A DNA stretch of 64,000 nucleotides from Bacteroidales bacterium (GCA_017961015.1 JAGCYC010000033.1:661-64660); one strand, 5' to 3'; shown: positions 19,000-28,608, numbered from the stretch's first letter. Numbers and translations are program-made. The notes: generated by a model not told the origin, from the letters alone.

Positions 19000-21089
19000 T
19001 TGAGTACCAGTTTTACTCTTTCTCCCTGTTTTAGTTCGCTTCCCGCAGCGGGACTCTGACTCGTTACGTGGCCGCAGCCCTCATAGCTGCAGGGAAGTCC
19101 GGCCGACTCCACCAAGTGGAGGGCCTCCTTGAGTCCGAGTCCCGACACGTCGGGGACCTTGCCTGCTTTAACTTCGGTGCCAGGTACGCCGCTGCGAAGG
19201 GCGGGTACCGAACCGCTGCGGGATATGCTTGAATCCCATTCGCCGTCAAGGGCGTACAGCTGGTCCACAATGTCGCGAACCGCAAGTGCGGGCAGGGTGC
19301 CTCCATAGAAGCTCTTTCCGGAAAGGTATGAATATACGCTCACCAGAATTGTATATTTAGGGTTTTCGGCGGGGAAGAACCCGACAAAGCTGCCCTGGTT
19401 CTTCTTCCTCCCGAGTGCATCGTGATAAGGGTCGCGGTTGCCCTGGCCGCGTTCTTCTTTGCTGAGTACCACCTGGGCGGTACCGGTCTTTCCTGCAACG
19501 TGGAGCTTTGCGCCCTTCAGGCGGGTGGCGGTACCGGTTTCCACCACCGAGCGCAGGGCGCGGGTGACGGTATCGGCCGTGTTGCGGGAGCATATATTGT
19601 TGAGCACCGAGGGCTTGTACTGCTTTATCACCCTGCCGTCCTTTTCCACGCTTTCCACCAGGTAGGGCTTCATCATCCGGCCCTTGTTGGCTATACCGTT
19701 GTAGAAGGTGGCCACGTGCAGCGGAGTAACGCTCATACCGTAGCCGTAGGCGGTGGTGCCCAGGGTGGTTTTGGACCAGCCCTTCGTTCCGGGACGGTTC
19801 ACTACCGGCGAGGCCAGGCCGCTGATGTCAAAGTCGAAGGCTTCGCCCAGACGGTAGGAGTAAATGTGGTCGAAAAAGTCTTCCGGATGGCTTCCGTAGC
19901 TGGTTTCGGCCAGGTAGGTAAACACGTAGTTGGACGAAATCTCGAAGCCGTGCATTACGGAGATGTCCCGACGGCCGGTTTCCCTCTGATAGTCCAGGAT
20001 ATGTATGTCCTGCTTGTAGTTGGGATAGGCGCCGTTGTTGGTGGGAATAGTCTGCTCCAGGCTCTTCACGTAGCCGTCTTCCACCAGCGAGAGTAGCGAG
20101 ACGGTCTTCATCACCGAGCCCTGCTCGCCCACCTGCCTCAGTGCCAGGTTCTCCCTTTCCCAAAGCGTGGTCTGGGGAGTGTCGCCGCGGGAGAGGTTCA
20201 CCATTGCGCGGATGGCTCCGGTGGCTGCCTCCATTATTATTACTATGCCCGCGCGTATGTCGTCATCTCCGTTGATCTGCTTGCGGAGGGCCTTGTCGGC
20301 TATATCCTGGAAGTCTACGTTGAGGGTGGTGCGGATGTCATTTCCGTCCACGGCCCTCACCACGCTGCTGTCCAGGTCTCGTATCCAGCTCTTGCGGTCG
20401 GTAACCCTGCGCCATTCATAGCCCTCGGTTCCGTGCAGTTCATAGTCGAAATTGGCCTCCAGGCCTATTCTGTTGGCATCTTTCACATAGCCGATAACCC
20501 TTCGGGCGAGGGAATCGTAGGGATAGATGCGTTCGTCGTGCCGCCTTTGGATGAGGCCGCCCTTATAGCTGCCCTCGCAGAACAGAGGGAAGCGCAGTAC
20601 CTTCTGGAGCACTGTCTGGTCTACGTTCTTCTTTATAAGAAGGTAGCGGGAACCGCGGTCGCGTCCGCCCAGGATGGCCTGTGCGTAGTCGTCGGCGCTG
20701 CGGTCGCGGAATTCGGCGCTCAGGCTTCTGGAAAGCTCGCGGGCCTTCTGGCGCCACTGCTGCTCGGCTTCTATGTCACCTTTGCGGGCGAACTCTTCCT
20801 TTCTCACGGTGCAGTCCATATACAGGTCGTACAGGGGGGCCGATATGGCCATCGGCCTTCCGTCGGTCGCAAGTATGCGGCCGCGCACGGGAGCCTCCAC
20901 GTGCTTCTGGACGCTGGGACGGAAGAGGTGCACCACCCGGGAATCCACGTTGAACCCGGCCTGGATCTTCACGGTCCATACCAGGATGAGCACCGCCAGC
21001 GCGAAGAAGAAGATGGACATAAAGAACATGACCACGTGGATCCTGTCGCGGTTTTCTATGGTGTCGTGTATTTCCGAGTTCCTGCTCAT
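18996..21089 (-). CDS. ftsI: Class B penicillin-binding protein (FtsI/PBP3) with C-terminal PASTA domain
   Basis: RGRILATDG, SVMK (SxxK), SSN (SxN), KTG motifs; VPDVSGL PASTA region. Confidence 0.93.
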   Translation of the reverse strand: MSRNSEIHDTIENRDRIHVVMFFMSIFFFALAVLILVWTVKIQAGFNVDSRVVHLFRPSVQKHVEAPVRGRILATDGRPMAISAPLYDLYMDCTVRKEEFARKGDIEAEQQWRQKARELSRSLSAEFRDRSADDYAQAILGGRDRGSRYLLIKKNVDQTVLQKVLRFPLFCEGSYKGGLIQRRHDERIYPYDSLARRVIGYVKDANRIGLEANFDYELHGTEGYEWRRVTDRKSWIRDLDSSVVRAVDGNDIRTTLNVDFQDIADKALRKQINGDDDIRAGIVIIMEAATGAIRAMVNLSRGDTPQTTLWERENLALRQVGEQGSVMKTVSLLSLVEDGYVKSLEQTIPTNNGAYPNYKQDIHILDYQRETGRRDISVMHGFEISSNYVFTYLAETSYGSHPEDFFDHIYSYRLGEAFDFDISGLASPVVNRPGTKGWSKTTLGTTAYGYGMSVTPLHVATFYNGIANKGRMMKPYLVESVEKDGRVIKQYKPSVLNNICSRNTADTVTRALRSVVETGTATRLKGAKLHVAGKTGTAQVVLSKEERGQGNRDPYHDALGRKKNQGSFVGFFPAENPKYTILVSVYSYLSGKSFYGGTLPALAVRDIVDQLYALDGEWDSSISRSGSVPALRSGVPGTEVKAGKVPDVSGLGLKEALHLVESAGLPCSYEGCGHVTSQSPAAGSELKQGERVKLVLK

Positions 21090-21430
21090 CTTCTGCCTTT
21101 GATCCTGCTTGCCGGCTCGGTGGGAAGGGTGGTGGCCGATCCCATCTTCTCCAGTTTTTCCTGTATGGAAGAGGCGCTGCGCAGCTTTACCAGCGCCGCC
21201 TCTTTCTGTGCGTGGCGTACTTCCAGTTCCTCTATGGCGGCGCGGTTGTTTCCGGCCTTGGTAAGGGTCTCATCCACCTTCAGGCTGAGGAAGATGGTGA
21301 TCCACATCAGGAGGAACAGATACAGTATGTGCATATACAGCTTGTCGGCCCTTATGCGCAGCAGGAATTCTCCGTTGCGTATGGCCTTGAGGCTGTTCTT
21401 TATCGCATTCCAGATGGTCGCTGCCTTCAT
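21086..21430 (-). CDS. ftsL: FtsL-like cell division protein
   Basis: Single TM plus coiled coil between rsmH and ftsI, with ATGA overlaps. Confidence 0.8.
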   Translation of the reverse strand: MKAATIWNAIKNSLKAIRNGEFLLRIRADKLYMHILYLFLLMWITIFLSLKVDETLTKAGNNRAAIEELEVRHAQKEAALVKLRSASSIQEKLEKMGSATTLPTEPASRIKGRR

Positions 21431-22377
21431 AGTCCCGCCCTCCTTTCCGCTATGCGCAGCTTTGCGCTGCGGGCGCGGGTGTTATTCTGGATCTCACTCT
21501 CGGAAGGGACTATCGGCTTTCGGCTTATCACTTCCAGAGGGGCCAGGCTGCGGCCGTACATATCTTCATTGCGGCTGCCGTCAATATTTCCGCTCCTCAT
21601 AAAGTTCTTGACCATACGGTCTTCCAGGCTGTGGTAGGTGATTACCACCAGCCTTCCTCCGGGGACGAGGGAACGGGCGGCGCCTTCCAGGAATTTCTCC
21701 AGGGCGCGCATTTCCTGGTTCACCTCTATGCGGAGGGCCTGGTATATCTTGGCCAGGACCTTGTGCTCGGCCCCGCGGGGGAGTATCCTCGAAAGGGCGC
21801 GGTCCAGGTCTCCGGTGGTGCTTATGGGGGAAAGATTCCTTGCCGATGCAATAAGCCTTGCGGCAGCCCTGGCTCCGTCCACCTCTCCGTACAGCCTGAG
21901 GATCTTTTCCAGCTCCTCTTCGCTGTAGGAATTAACTATGTCGGCGGCGGTCATCCCGCCTTCCCCGTTCATACGCATATCCAGGGGAGCGTCCTCGAAA
22001 CGGAAGCTGAAACCCCGTCCGGCAGTGTCGAACTGATGGGAGGAGACTCCCAGATCGGCCAGTATTCCGTCAAAGACGGCGGGGCCATCGGGGCAGGGCT
22101 CATTTTCGCCGCGGCTGCGGCGGAGCTCTTCGGCATAGTTCTCTATATAACGGAAGTTGTTGTGAATGAGGGTAAGACGCCCGTCTTCGGGGGCGTTGCC
22201 CAACGCATCGATGTCACGATCGAAGGCGATGACGCGTCCGCCATCGTTTAAGCGTGAAAGTAGTTCAGCGGTGTGCCCACCGCCTCCGAAAGTGGCATCT
22301 GCGTATGTTCCGTCAGGATTCGTGACCAGGGCGGAAATGCTTTCCGCCAGCAGCACGGGAATATGATACTGTGACAT
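21427..22377 (-). CDS. rsmH: 16S rRNA m4C1402 methyltransferase
   Basis: HIPVLL, DATFGGGGH, DLGVSSHQ, PLDMRM, QALRIEVN, YHSLEDR, RARSAKLR. Confidence 0.97.
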   Translation of the reverse strand: MSQYHIPVLLAESISALVTNPDGTYADATFGGGGHTAELLSRLNDGGRVIAFDRDIDALGNAPEDGRLTLIHNNFRYIENYAEELRRSRGENEPCPDGPAVFDGILADLGVSSHQFDTAGRGFSFRFEDAPLDMRMNGEGGMTAADIVNSYSEEELEKILRLYGEVDGARAAARLIASARNLSPISTTGDLDRALSRILPRGAEHKVLAKIYQALRIEVNQEMRALEKFLEGAARSLVPGGRLVVITYHSLEDRMVKNFMRSGNIDGSRNEDMYGRSLAPLEVISRKPIVPSESEIQNNTRARSAKLRIAERRAGL

Positions 22378-22388
22378 TTCGAGACCTC

Positions 22389-22850
22389 CTATTTTCTTCC
22401 GGATAGTCTCGTTGCGGTCTGTTTGAACTGCTCGTCCGTAAGGAGGCCTTCCTGGAGAACCTCAGGGGCCCATATCTGGAGTTTGTAGCCTACACCGCCG
22501 AATACTACCTCTTTGGTAATACCTGCACTCTCAAGCAGCTCCGACGGGATGTTAAGCCTCCCCAGTTTACCGTCCGGTACCAGAGGATACACGCCGTCGT
22601 TGTACTTGGTCCAAAAATCAGCGTCCTCAGTATTCAGTTCGGGATTAAGGCTGTCCAGCACTTTCTCCGACCTCTGTATCCATTCGTCCCAGGCAAAGAG
22701 GTCCAGGCAGTTCTGCTGAACGTTTTTCTTTACGATGACAGTCATCTCCGCTGCGCCGCCGCGTATCATAGCATCACGGAAAACGGCAGGGAGCACGATG
22801 CGCCCCTTGTCGTCCACTTTGCCGCTGGCTTTGCCGAAGAATCTGATCAT
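22389..22850 (-). CDS. mraZ: Transcriptional regulator MraZ
   Basis: Two AbrB-like repeats (DDKGRIVLP; DGKLGRLNIP) and QIW; first gene of the dcw cluster. Confidence 0.9.
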   Translation of the reverse strand: MIRFFGKASGKVDDKGRIVLPAVFRDAMIRGGAAEMTVIVKKNVQQNCLDLFAWDEWIQRSEKVLDSLNPELNTEDADFWTKYNDGVYPLVPDGKLGRLNIPSELLESAGITKEVVFGGVGYKLQIWAPEVLQEGLLTDEQFKQTATRLSGRK

Positions 22851-22885
22851 CTTTCCGTTAAACTTTTTACTTTCACGCTTGGGTG

Positions 22886-22893
22886 CAAAGTTA
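22886..22893 (-). promoter_or_regulatory. -7 box (TAACTTTG) of the dcw operon promoter
   Basis: TAnnTTTG 35 nt upstream of the mraZ ATG. Confidence 0.7.
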
Positions 22894-22900
22894 AGAATAA

Positions 22901-22940
22901 TTTTCCATTTTATTACAAAATTTTACATTTTATTCCACAA
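22901..22940 (-). promoter_or_regulatory. Putative MraZ operator: four 10-bp-periodic TG(G/T)AA boxes
   Basis: Minus strand TTGTGGAATA AAATGTAAAA TTTTGTAATA AAATGGAAAA, directly upstream of the -7 box. MraZ is known to bind 10-bp-spaced TGG-core repeats. Confidence 0.65.
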
Positions 22941-22997
22941 TTTTATCAACAGCCTCATTTAAGCGCTTCGGGGGCAGGGTTTAAGCCGGAAAAGATG

Positions 22998-23005
22998 TAT
23001 CTTTG
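22998..23005 (+). promoter_or_regulatory. -7 box (TATCTTTG) for miaB
   Basis: TAnnTTTG 5 nt before the ATG at 23011. Confidence 0.65.
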
Positions 23006-23010
23006 CAAGT

Positions 23011-24351
23011 ATGGAAACAAGCAGTAAAAAGATATATATCGAAACCTACGGCTGCCAGATGAACGTGAATGACAGCGAAGTCATTTTCTCCATTATGGCC
23101 GATGAAGGTTTCTCCCGCACCGAGGACATCTCGGAGGCGGACCTTATCCTTGCCAACACCTGCTCCGTGAGAGACAATGCCGAACAGCGCATCTGGGGCC
23201 GTATAGAGGTGTTCAACCAGGCGCGGAAGCAACATCCCGGGGCCCTTGTGGGCATAGTAGGCTGTATGGCCGAACGCCTTAAAGACAAGCTTCTGGATAC
23301 CGGAAAGGTGGACCTTGTGGTGGGCCCCGACGCCTACCGCCGCCTCCCCGAACTGGTGAGGGCCATAAGGCCGGACAGCCCCCAGATAGACGTACTCCTC
23401 TCGCGCGACGAAACCTATGCCGATATCAAGCCCCTCCGCACCGACCGCAACGGCCTGTCGGCCTTCATCTCCATTATGCGTGGCTGCGACAACGTATGCT
23501 CCTACTGCGTGGTTCCCTACACCCGCGGTGCCGAGCGTTCCCGCGATCCCCATTCCATAGTACGAGAGGCCTGCGACGTGTTTTCCAGGGGCTACAGGGA
23601 AGTTACCCTGCTGGGCCAGAACGTGGACAGCTACCTCTGGAAGGCCGAAGGCGAAAGCGTCAATTTCGCGGAGCTCCTCAGACGGGTGGCCTCGGTAAGC
23701 CCCCAGCTGCGCGTCCGCTTTGCCACCTCCCATCCCAAGGATATCTCCGACGAGGTAATAAAGGTAATGGCCGAAACCCCCAATATCTGCCGCCACATCC
23801 ATCTTCCGGTCCAGTCCGGAAGCTCACGTATGCTGGAGAAGATGAGGCGCAAGTACGACCGTGAATGGTATCTGGAAAGGGTGCGCCGCATACGCGAAGC
23901 TATGCCCGACTGCGGCCTTACCACTGACGTGATAGCCGGTTTCTGCTCGGAGACGGAGGAAGACCATCTCCAGACACTCTCGCTGATGAAGGAAGTTGGC
24001 TTTGACTGGGCCTTTATGTTCGCCTATTCCGAGCGTCCCGGCACCCTTGCCGCCAGGCAGTATCCCGACGATGTGCCCCAGGAGGTCAAGAGCCGCCGCC
24101 TGAGCGAGATAATCGAACTCCAGAACGGCATCTCCCTTGAGCGTTACCGTGCCCAGATAGGGAAGCGCCATACCGTGCTGGTGGAAGGCCCTTCCAAAAG
24201 AGACCCTTCCTGGCTCTGCGGCCGGGCATCCAACAATATGATGTGCGTGTTCCCCGCCGCCGAAGGCCTTTCCCCCGGAGTATATGCTGATATAGAGGTA
24301 ACCGACTGCACATCGGCTACCCTTATTGGAAAAACTTTGCTATCTTTGTAA
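23011..24351 (+). CDS. miaB: tRNA-2-methylthio-N6-dimethylallyladenosine synthase
   Basis: TYGCQMN, NTCSVR, GCMAE, radical SAM CDNVCSYC, HLPVQSGS, TRAM C-terminus. Confidence 0.96.
   Translation: METSSKKIYIETYGCQMNVNDSEVIFSIMADEGFSRTEDISEADLILANTCSVRDNAEQRIWGRIEVFNQARKQHPGALVGIVGCMAERLKDKLLDTGKVDLVVGPDAYRRLPELVRAIRPDSPQIDVLLSRDETYADIKPLRTDRNGLSAFISIMRGCDNVCSYCVVPYTRGAERSRDPHSIVREACDVFSRGYREVTLLGQNVDSYLWKAEGESVNFAELLRRVASVSPQLRVRFATSHPKDISDEVIKVMAETPNICRHIHLPVQSGSSRMLEKMRRKYDREWYLERVRRIREAMPDCGLTTDVIAGFCSETEEDHLQTLSLMKEVGFDWAFMFAYSERPGTLAARQYPDDVPQEVKSRRLSEIIELQNGISLERYRAQIGKRHTVLVEGPSKRDPSWLCGRASNNMMCVFPAAEGLSPGVYADIEVTDCTSATLIGKTLLSL
24341..24348 (+). promoter_or_regulatory. Internal -7 box (TATCTTTG) at the 3' end of miaB
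   Basis: TAnnTTTG match just before the ATGs at 24352 and 24358. Confidence 0.45.
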
Positions 24352-24825
24352 ATGCAAATGAAAGGAATCTGCCGCATAGGCCTGCTCTTTGCAGTGCTCG
24401 CTTTCGCCTCCGGCTGCGCAGTAATGCGTATCCGCGAGGTGGCCGTAATGGACGCCGGAATCAAGTATGTCGTTCCCACTTCGCCCCGCTCGATGGATGG
24501 GGTGCTCCTGCTGGAGATAGACAATCCCTCGGTCAATTTCCAGATAGACGGCGTGGATGGCTGCGTAAGGGACGGCGACAAGGTGATAGCACGCTTCCAG
24601 GGCGGTCAGATGCAGGTGGATGCCAGGTCCCGCAGGCAGTACGAGCTGCCGTGCACGGTAAGGCTTGAAGAAGGGGTTTCGCTGCTTGATGTGCTTGCAA
24701 TCATAGCCCGCGGCAGCCTCGCCTCCTTAAGGGCCGATGCCGACGTACACGCCTCTCTGCAAAAGCCCAAGATCGGCAAGACGCTGGAATACAGGGATGT
24801 GTCCCTGTCCCAATTCTCCAATTGA
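24352..24825 (+). CDS. Putative lipoprotein, LEA type 2/WHy-like fold
   Basis: Lipobox FASGC; L.LEIDNP motif and beta-strand pattern. Start may instead be ATG 24358. Confidence 0.6.
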   Translation: MQMKGICRIGLLFAVLAFASGCAVMRIREVAVMDAGIKYVVPTSPRSMDGVLLLEIDNPSVNFQIDGVDGCVRDGDKVIARFQGGQMQVDARSRRQYELPCTVRLEEGVSLLDVLAIIARGSLASLRADADVHASLQKPKIGKTLEYRDVSLSQFSN

Positions 24826-25283
24826 TGAAAAGGATATTACTCATATTCGCAATGCTTCTGGCCACGGCTCTTCTCCGTGCCCAGGACACCACCACGGTCG
24901 TAGTGCTGGTGGATTCCACCCTCGCCGGCCGTGACATTCTTTCGGTTATGGGACCGGGCGCCCAGGTGGTGCAGTCGGCCGATGTCCGGAAGGCCCTTAA
25001 CGACTATGTGAATGCCAATGCGAAAAAGCCCATCCAGGGCTATCGCATCCGCGTTTTCTACAATTCGGACCCCAGCTCCCGCACACGTTCCGAGATTGTG
25101 GCCGAGCAGCTCCGCCGCCAGTTCCCCCATACGGGAGTATACCGCAGCTTCGAAAGCCCCAACTACAAGGTGGCCATCGGTGATTTCCGCACCAAGGACG
25201 AGGCCCTGCGCATATTCAACGCCATCAAGGGAACCTATCCTACGGCGTATATAATTAAGGAAAGCATCCAATATCCAAGATAG
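24825..25283 (+). CDS. SPOR domain-containing protein
   Basis: Signal peptide; GYRIRVF...A.....QFP...Y..FESPNYKVAIGDFRTKDEA. Confidence 0.88.
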   Translation: MKRILLIFAMLLATALLRAQDTTTVVVLVDSTLAGRDILSVMGPGAQVVQSADVRKALNDYVNANAKKPIQGYRIRVFYNSDPSSRTRSEIVAEQLRRQFPHTGVYRSFESPNYKVAIGDFRTKDEALRIFNAIKGTYPTAYIIKESIQYPR

Positions 25284-25285
25284 CT

Positions 25286-26737
25286 ATGCCGGTAAAACAG
25301 GGACTCGAGCAAAAGCTGCAGCAGAAACTCTCTCCGCTTCAGATCCAGACCATCAAGGTTATCGAGATGCCGGTCCAGGCCCTGGAGCAGTATGTGAAGG
25401 AAGTCCTGTCGGACAATCCCGTACTTGACGACACTCCCTCCAAGGGGGAGGACGAGCCCCGTGACGTTTCCATCTCCGAGGTAGAGGAACGCGAGCAGAG
25501 CGGCGGCTCCCTGGAAGAGAATTACGGTCCCTCCAGAGACGACGACCCCCCTTCCTACAACCTCCACATAAACAACTGGGGCAAGGATCCCCGTCCGGAA
25601 TACAATACCTTCTCCGTAAAGCAGAGTTTTACCCAGAGCCTGATGGAACAGCTGGGCTACCGCAATCTTACGGAAAAGCAGCGCACCATAGCGTCTTTCA
25701 TTATCGGCTCGCTGGACGATGACGGCTATCTGCGCCGCGACATCGACTCCTTAGTGGACGACCTAGCCTTCCGCGCCGGCGTGGAGGCATCGGCCTCCGA
25801 AGTGGAAGAAATGCTCTCTGTAATCCAGCAGTTCGAACCTTCCGGTGTAGGTGCCCGCGACCTTCGCGAATGCCTGCTCCTGCAGCTGCGGGACAAAAAG
25901 CCCACTCCGGCGGTCACTCACGCCATCCAGGTGCTTCAGGACCAGTTCGATTCCTTCAAGAACCGCCATTTCTCAAAGATAATGTCGCGGCTTCACCTGG
26001 ACGAGGAGCAGATGCGCGAGGTTATGGACGAGATTCGTCGGCTCAACCCCGCTCCCGGCGGCCAGATAGACGACAGCTACAACGACCAGGCCCAGCAGGT
26101 GGTACCGGACTTCAAACTGGATTACGAGAACGGGCAGCTGCTGCTGTCAATGCCGCGTTTTACCATACCCGAGCTAAGGATAAACCGCAAATACTCCGAG
26201 ATAATGGAGACAGGACGGGTATCCCAGAACCGCTCCGACAAGGAAGCCGCCCTCTTCGTGAAGCAGAAGATAGATTCGGCAAAATGGTTCGTGGAGGCCC
26301 TGCGCCAGCGTCAGAACACCCTCGAGGCCACTATGCGTGCCATCCTGGACTACCAGAAAGACTATTTCACCGACGGCGACGAATCCAACCTGCGTCCTAT
26401 GGTTCTCAAGGACATAGCGGAGCGCACCGGCTTCGATATAAGCACCATCTCCCGCGTCGTTAACAGCAAGTGGATAGAGACCCACTTCGGCATATTCCCC
26501 CTCAAGTACTTCTTCTCCGAAGGCCTCGAAAACAGCGAGGGCGAGGAGGTCTCCACCCGCGAGATCAAGAAGGTCCTGCGCGAGCTGGTGGATGCCGAAG
26601 ACAAGCACAACCCCCTTACCGACGACCAGCTGGTAGACGGCCTGGCCGCCCGCGGATACAAGGTGGCAAGACGTACCATTGCAAAATACCGCTCCCAGCT
26701 GGACATTCCCAAGGCCCGTATGAGAGCCGAGTTATAG
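25286..26737 (+). CDS. rpoN: RNA polymerase sigma-54 factor
   Basis: Gln-rich region I, GVGARDLRECLLLQL, STISRV helix-turn-helix, RpoN box ARRTIAKYR. Confidence 0.97.
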   Translation: MPVKQGLEQKLQQKLSPLQIQTIKVIEMPVQALEQYVKEVLSDNPVLDDTPSKGEDEPRDVSISEVEEREQSGGSLEENYGPSRDDDPPSYNLHINNWGKDPRPEYNTFSVKQSFTQSLMEQLGYRNLTEKQRTIASFIIGSLDDDGYLRRDIDSLVDDLAFRAGVEASASEVEEMLSVIQQFEPSGVGARDLRECLLLQLRDKKPTPAVTHAIQVLQDQFDSFKNRHFSKIMSRLHLDEEQMREVMDEIRRLNPAPGGQIDDSYNDQAQQVVPDFKLDYENGQLLLSMPRFTIPELRINRKYSEIMETGRVSQNRSDKEAALFVKQKIDSAKWFVEALRQRQNTLEATMRAILDYQKDYFTDGDESNLRPMVLKDIAERTGFDISTISRVVNSKWIETHFGIFPLKYFFSEGLENSEGEEVSTREIKKVLRELVDAEDKHNPLTDDQLVDGLAARGYKVARRTIAKYRSQLDIPKARMRAEL

Positions 26738-26741
26738 AGAT

Positions 26742-28526
26742 ATGGCAAAGAAAGAAATAAAGTTCTCCCTCGTTTACAGGGATATGTGGCAGAGTTCCGG
26801 GAAATACGTTCCCCGGGTGGATCAGCTTGTGGAAGTGGCCCCCGCTATCATCGATATGGGCTGCTTCGACCGCGTGGAAACCAACGGCGGCGCCTTTGAG
26901 CAGGTGAATCTCCTGTTCGGCGAGAACCCCAACAAAGCAGTGCGCGCCTGGACCGCTCCTTTCCACAAGGCCGGAATCCAGACCCATATGCTGGAGAGGG
27001 GACTGAATGCCCTGCGTATGAATCCCGTACCCCTGGACGTGCGCGAATTGATGTTCAAGGTCAAGAAGAAGCAGGGCACCGACATCGCCCGTTCCTTCTG
27101 CGGCCTTAACGACCACCGCAACCTCAAAGGCTCGGTTATTGGCGCCAAAAAGGGCGGAATGATTTCCCAGGTGGCCCTTTCCATAACCCATTCGCCGGTG
27201 CATACCGTAGCCTACTATATGGATATAGTGGACAAGGTGGTGGAATACGGAGCCGATGAGATCTGCCTCAAGGATATGGCCGGAATCGGCCGTCCAACCT
27301 TCCTGGGCGAACTGGTTGCCGATATCAAGAAGAAATATCCTCATATTAAGGTACAGTATCACGGCCATACCGGCCCCGGCTTCTCCACGGCCTCCATGCT
27401 GGAAGTCGCCCGTGCCGGCGCCGACTATCTGGACGTGGCAGTCGAGCCCCTTTCCTGGGGCAAGGTTCACCCGGATGTCATAACCATAAGGGAAATGCTC
27501 CGTGCCGACGGTTTCCTGGTAAAGGACCTCAATATGGACGCATATATGGAAGTCCGCCGTCTTACCCAGAAGTTCATCGACGACTTCCTGGGATACTGGA
27601 TAAACCCTTCCAATGCAAGGATGACTTCGCTGCTTGTGGGCTGCGGCCTTCCCGGCGGAATGATGGGTTCGATGATGGCCGATCTGAAGGGCTTCCAGGG
27701 CGCAATCAACGCTGCCCAGCGTTCCCACGGCCGTCCCGAAATGTCCCTTGACACCCTTATGGTGAAGCTGTTCGAGGAGGTGGAGTATGTATGGCCCCGC
27801 CTGGGCTATCCGCCCCTCGTAACGCCTTTCAGCCAGTACGTGAAGAATACGGCCCTTATGAACCTGTTCAATATGCTCAGCGACAAACCCCGCTGGAGCA
27901 CCATCGACAAGGATACCTGGGGTATGATCCTGGGCCATATGGGCAGGCTTCCCGGACCGCTGGCGCCCGAAATCGTAGCCCTGGCCAAGGAAAAGGGACT
28001 GGAATTCACCGACTGCAATCCTCAGGACAACTATCCCGACGAGCTCCCCAAGTTCCGCGCAATGATGGACGAGGAAGGCTGGGATTACGGCGAGGACGAC
28101 GAGGAACTCTTCGAGCTCGCTATGCACGAGAGGCAGTACCGCGACTATCGCAGCGGCATTGCCAAGGAGCGTTTCAACAAGGAACTTGAGGAGTTCAAGG
28201 CCAAAGCCGGCGCTCCCATCGTAGTGGAACGTCCCGTGGTAGAGATGCCCAAGTTCGACATCCAGGATATCATTGCCCGTTATCCCAAGGCCACTCCGGT
28301 CCAGAGTCCCGTCAAGGGCCAGCTGCTATGGGAAGTGGATGTGGACGACGCTTCGGCCGCTCCCGCGGTGGGCCGCAAGGTCAAGGCCGGCGAAGTTATC
28401 GGCCATATCCAGACCTACTATGGTATGGAGGAAGTGGTGAGCGCCGTCGACGGCATCCTCGTCAGCGTCCCCGCCCGCCAGGGCGCTTCCGTCTCCAAAG
28501 GCGAAATCCTCGCCTTCGTGCAATAA
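26742..28526 (+). CDS. Oxaloacetate decarboxylase alpha / pyruvate carboxylase subunit B-like carboxyltransferase with degenerate biotin domain
   Basis: RDMWQS, CLKDMAG, HGH metal site, LPGGM, GYPPLVTPFSQ. C-terminal biotinyl-like domain lacks AMKM. Confidence 0.88.
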   Translation: MAKKEIKFSLVYRDMWQSSGKYVPRVDQLVEVAPAIIDMGCFDRVETNGGAFEQVNLLFGENPNKAVRAWTAPFHKAGIQTHMLERGLNALRMNPVPLDVRELMFKVKKKQGTDIARSFCGLNDHRNLKGSVIGAKKGGMISQVALSITHSPVHTVAYYMDIVDKVVEYGADEICLKDMAGIGRPTFLGELVADIKKKYPHIKVQYHGHTGPGFSTASMLEVARAGADYLDVAVEPLSWGKVHPDVITIREMLRADGFLVKDLNMDAYMEVRRLTQKFIDDFLGYWINPSNARMTSLLVGCGLPGGMMGSMMADLKGFQGAINAAQRSHGRPEMSLDTLMVKLFEEVEYVWPRLGYPPLVTPFSQYVKNTALMNLFNMLSDKPRWSTIDKDTWGMILGHMGRLPGPLAPEIVALAKEKGLEFTDCNPQDNYPDELPKFRAMMDEEGWDYGEDDEELFELAMHERQYRDYRSGIAKERFNKELEEFKAKAGAPIVVERPVVEMPKFDIQDIIARYPKATPVQSPVKGQLLWEVDVDDASAAPAVGRKVKAGEVIGHIQTYYGMEEVVSAVDGILVSVPARQGASVSKGEILAFVQ

Positions 28527-28556
28527 AATACAGCATAGAAACATTAAAATACAGCA
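28524..28556 (+). repeat. 12-bp direct repeat TAAAATACAGCA x2 at 21-bp period
   Basis: Copies at 28524-28535 and 28545-28556 in the AT-rich spacer before radC. Confidence 0.7.
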
Positions 28557-28608
28557 CAAGTTTCTGTTTTGAACTGTGTTTTTGTTTCGTGGGTGCTATA
28601 TTGCGCCT

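Noticed and set aside
22961-22968. AAGCGCTT palindrome upstream of miaB (and AGCGCT upstream of gdh) as further LacI-type sites
   Set aside because: Only 6-8 bp and lacking the outer G/C positions; expected by chance.
26616-28127. 503-aa ORF antisense to the carboxyltransferase
   Set aside because: Codon-bias shadow ORF with no recognisable domain.
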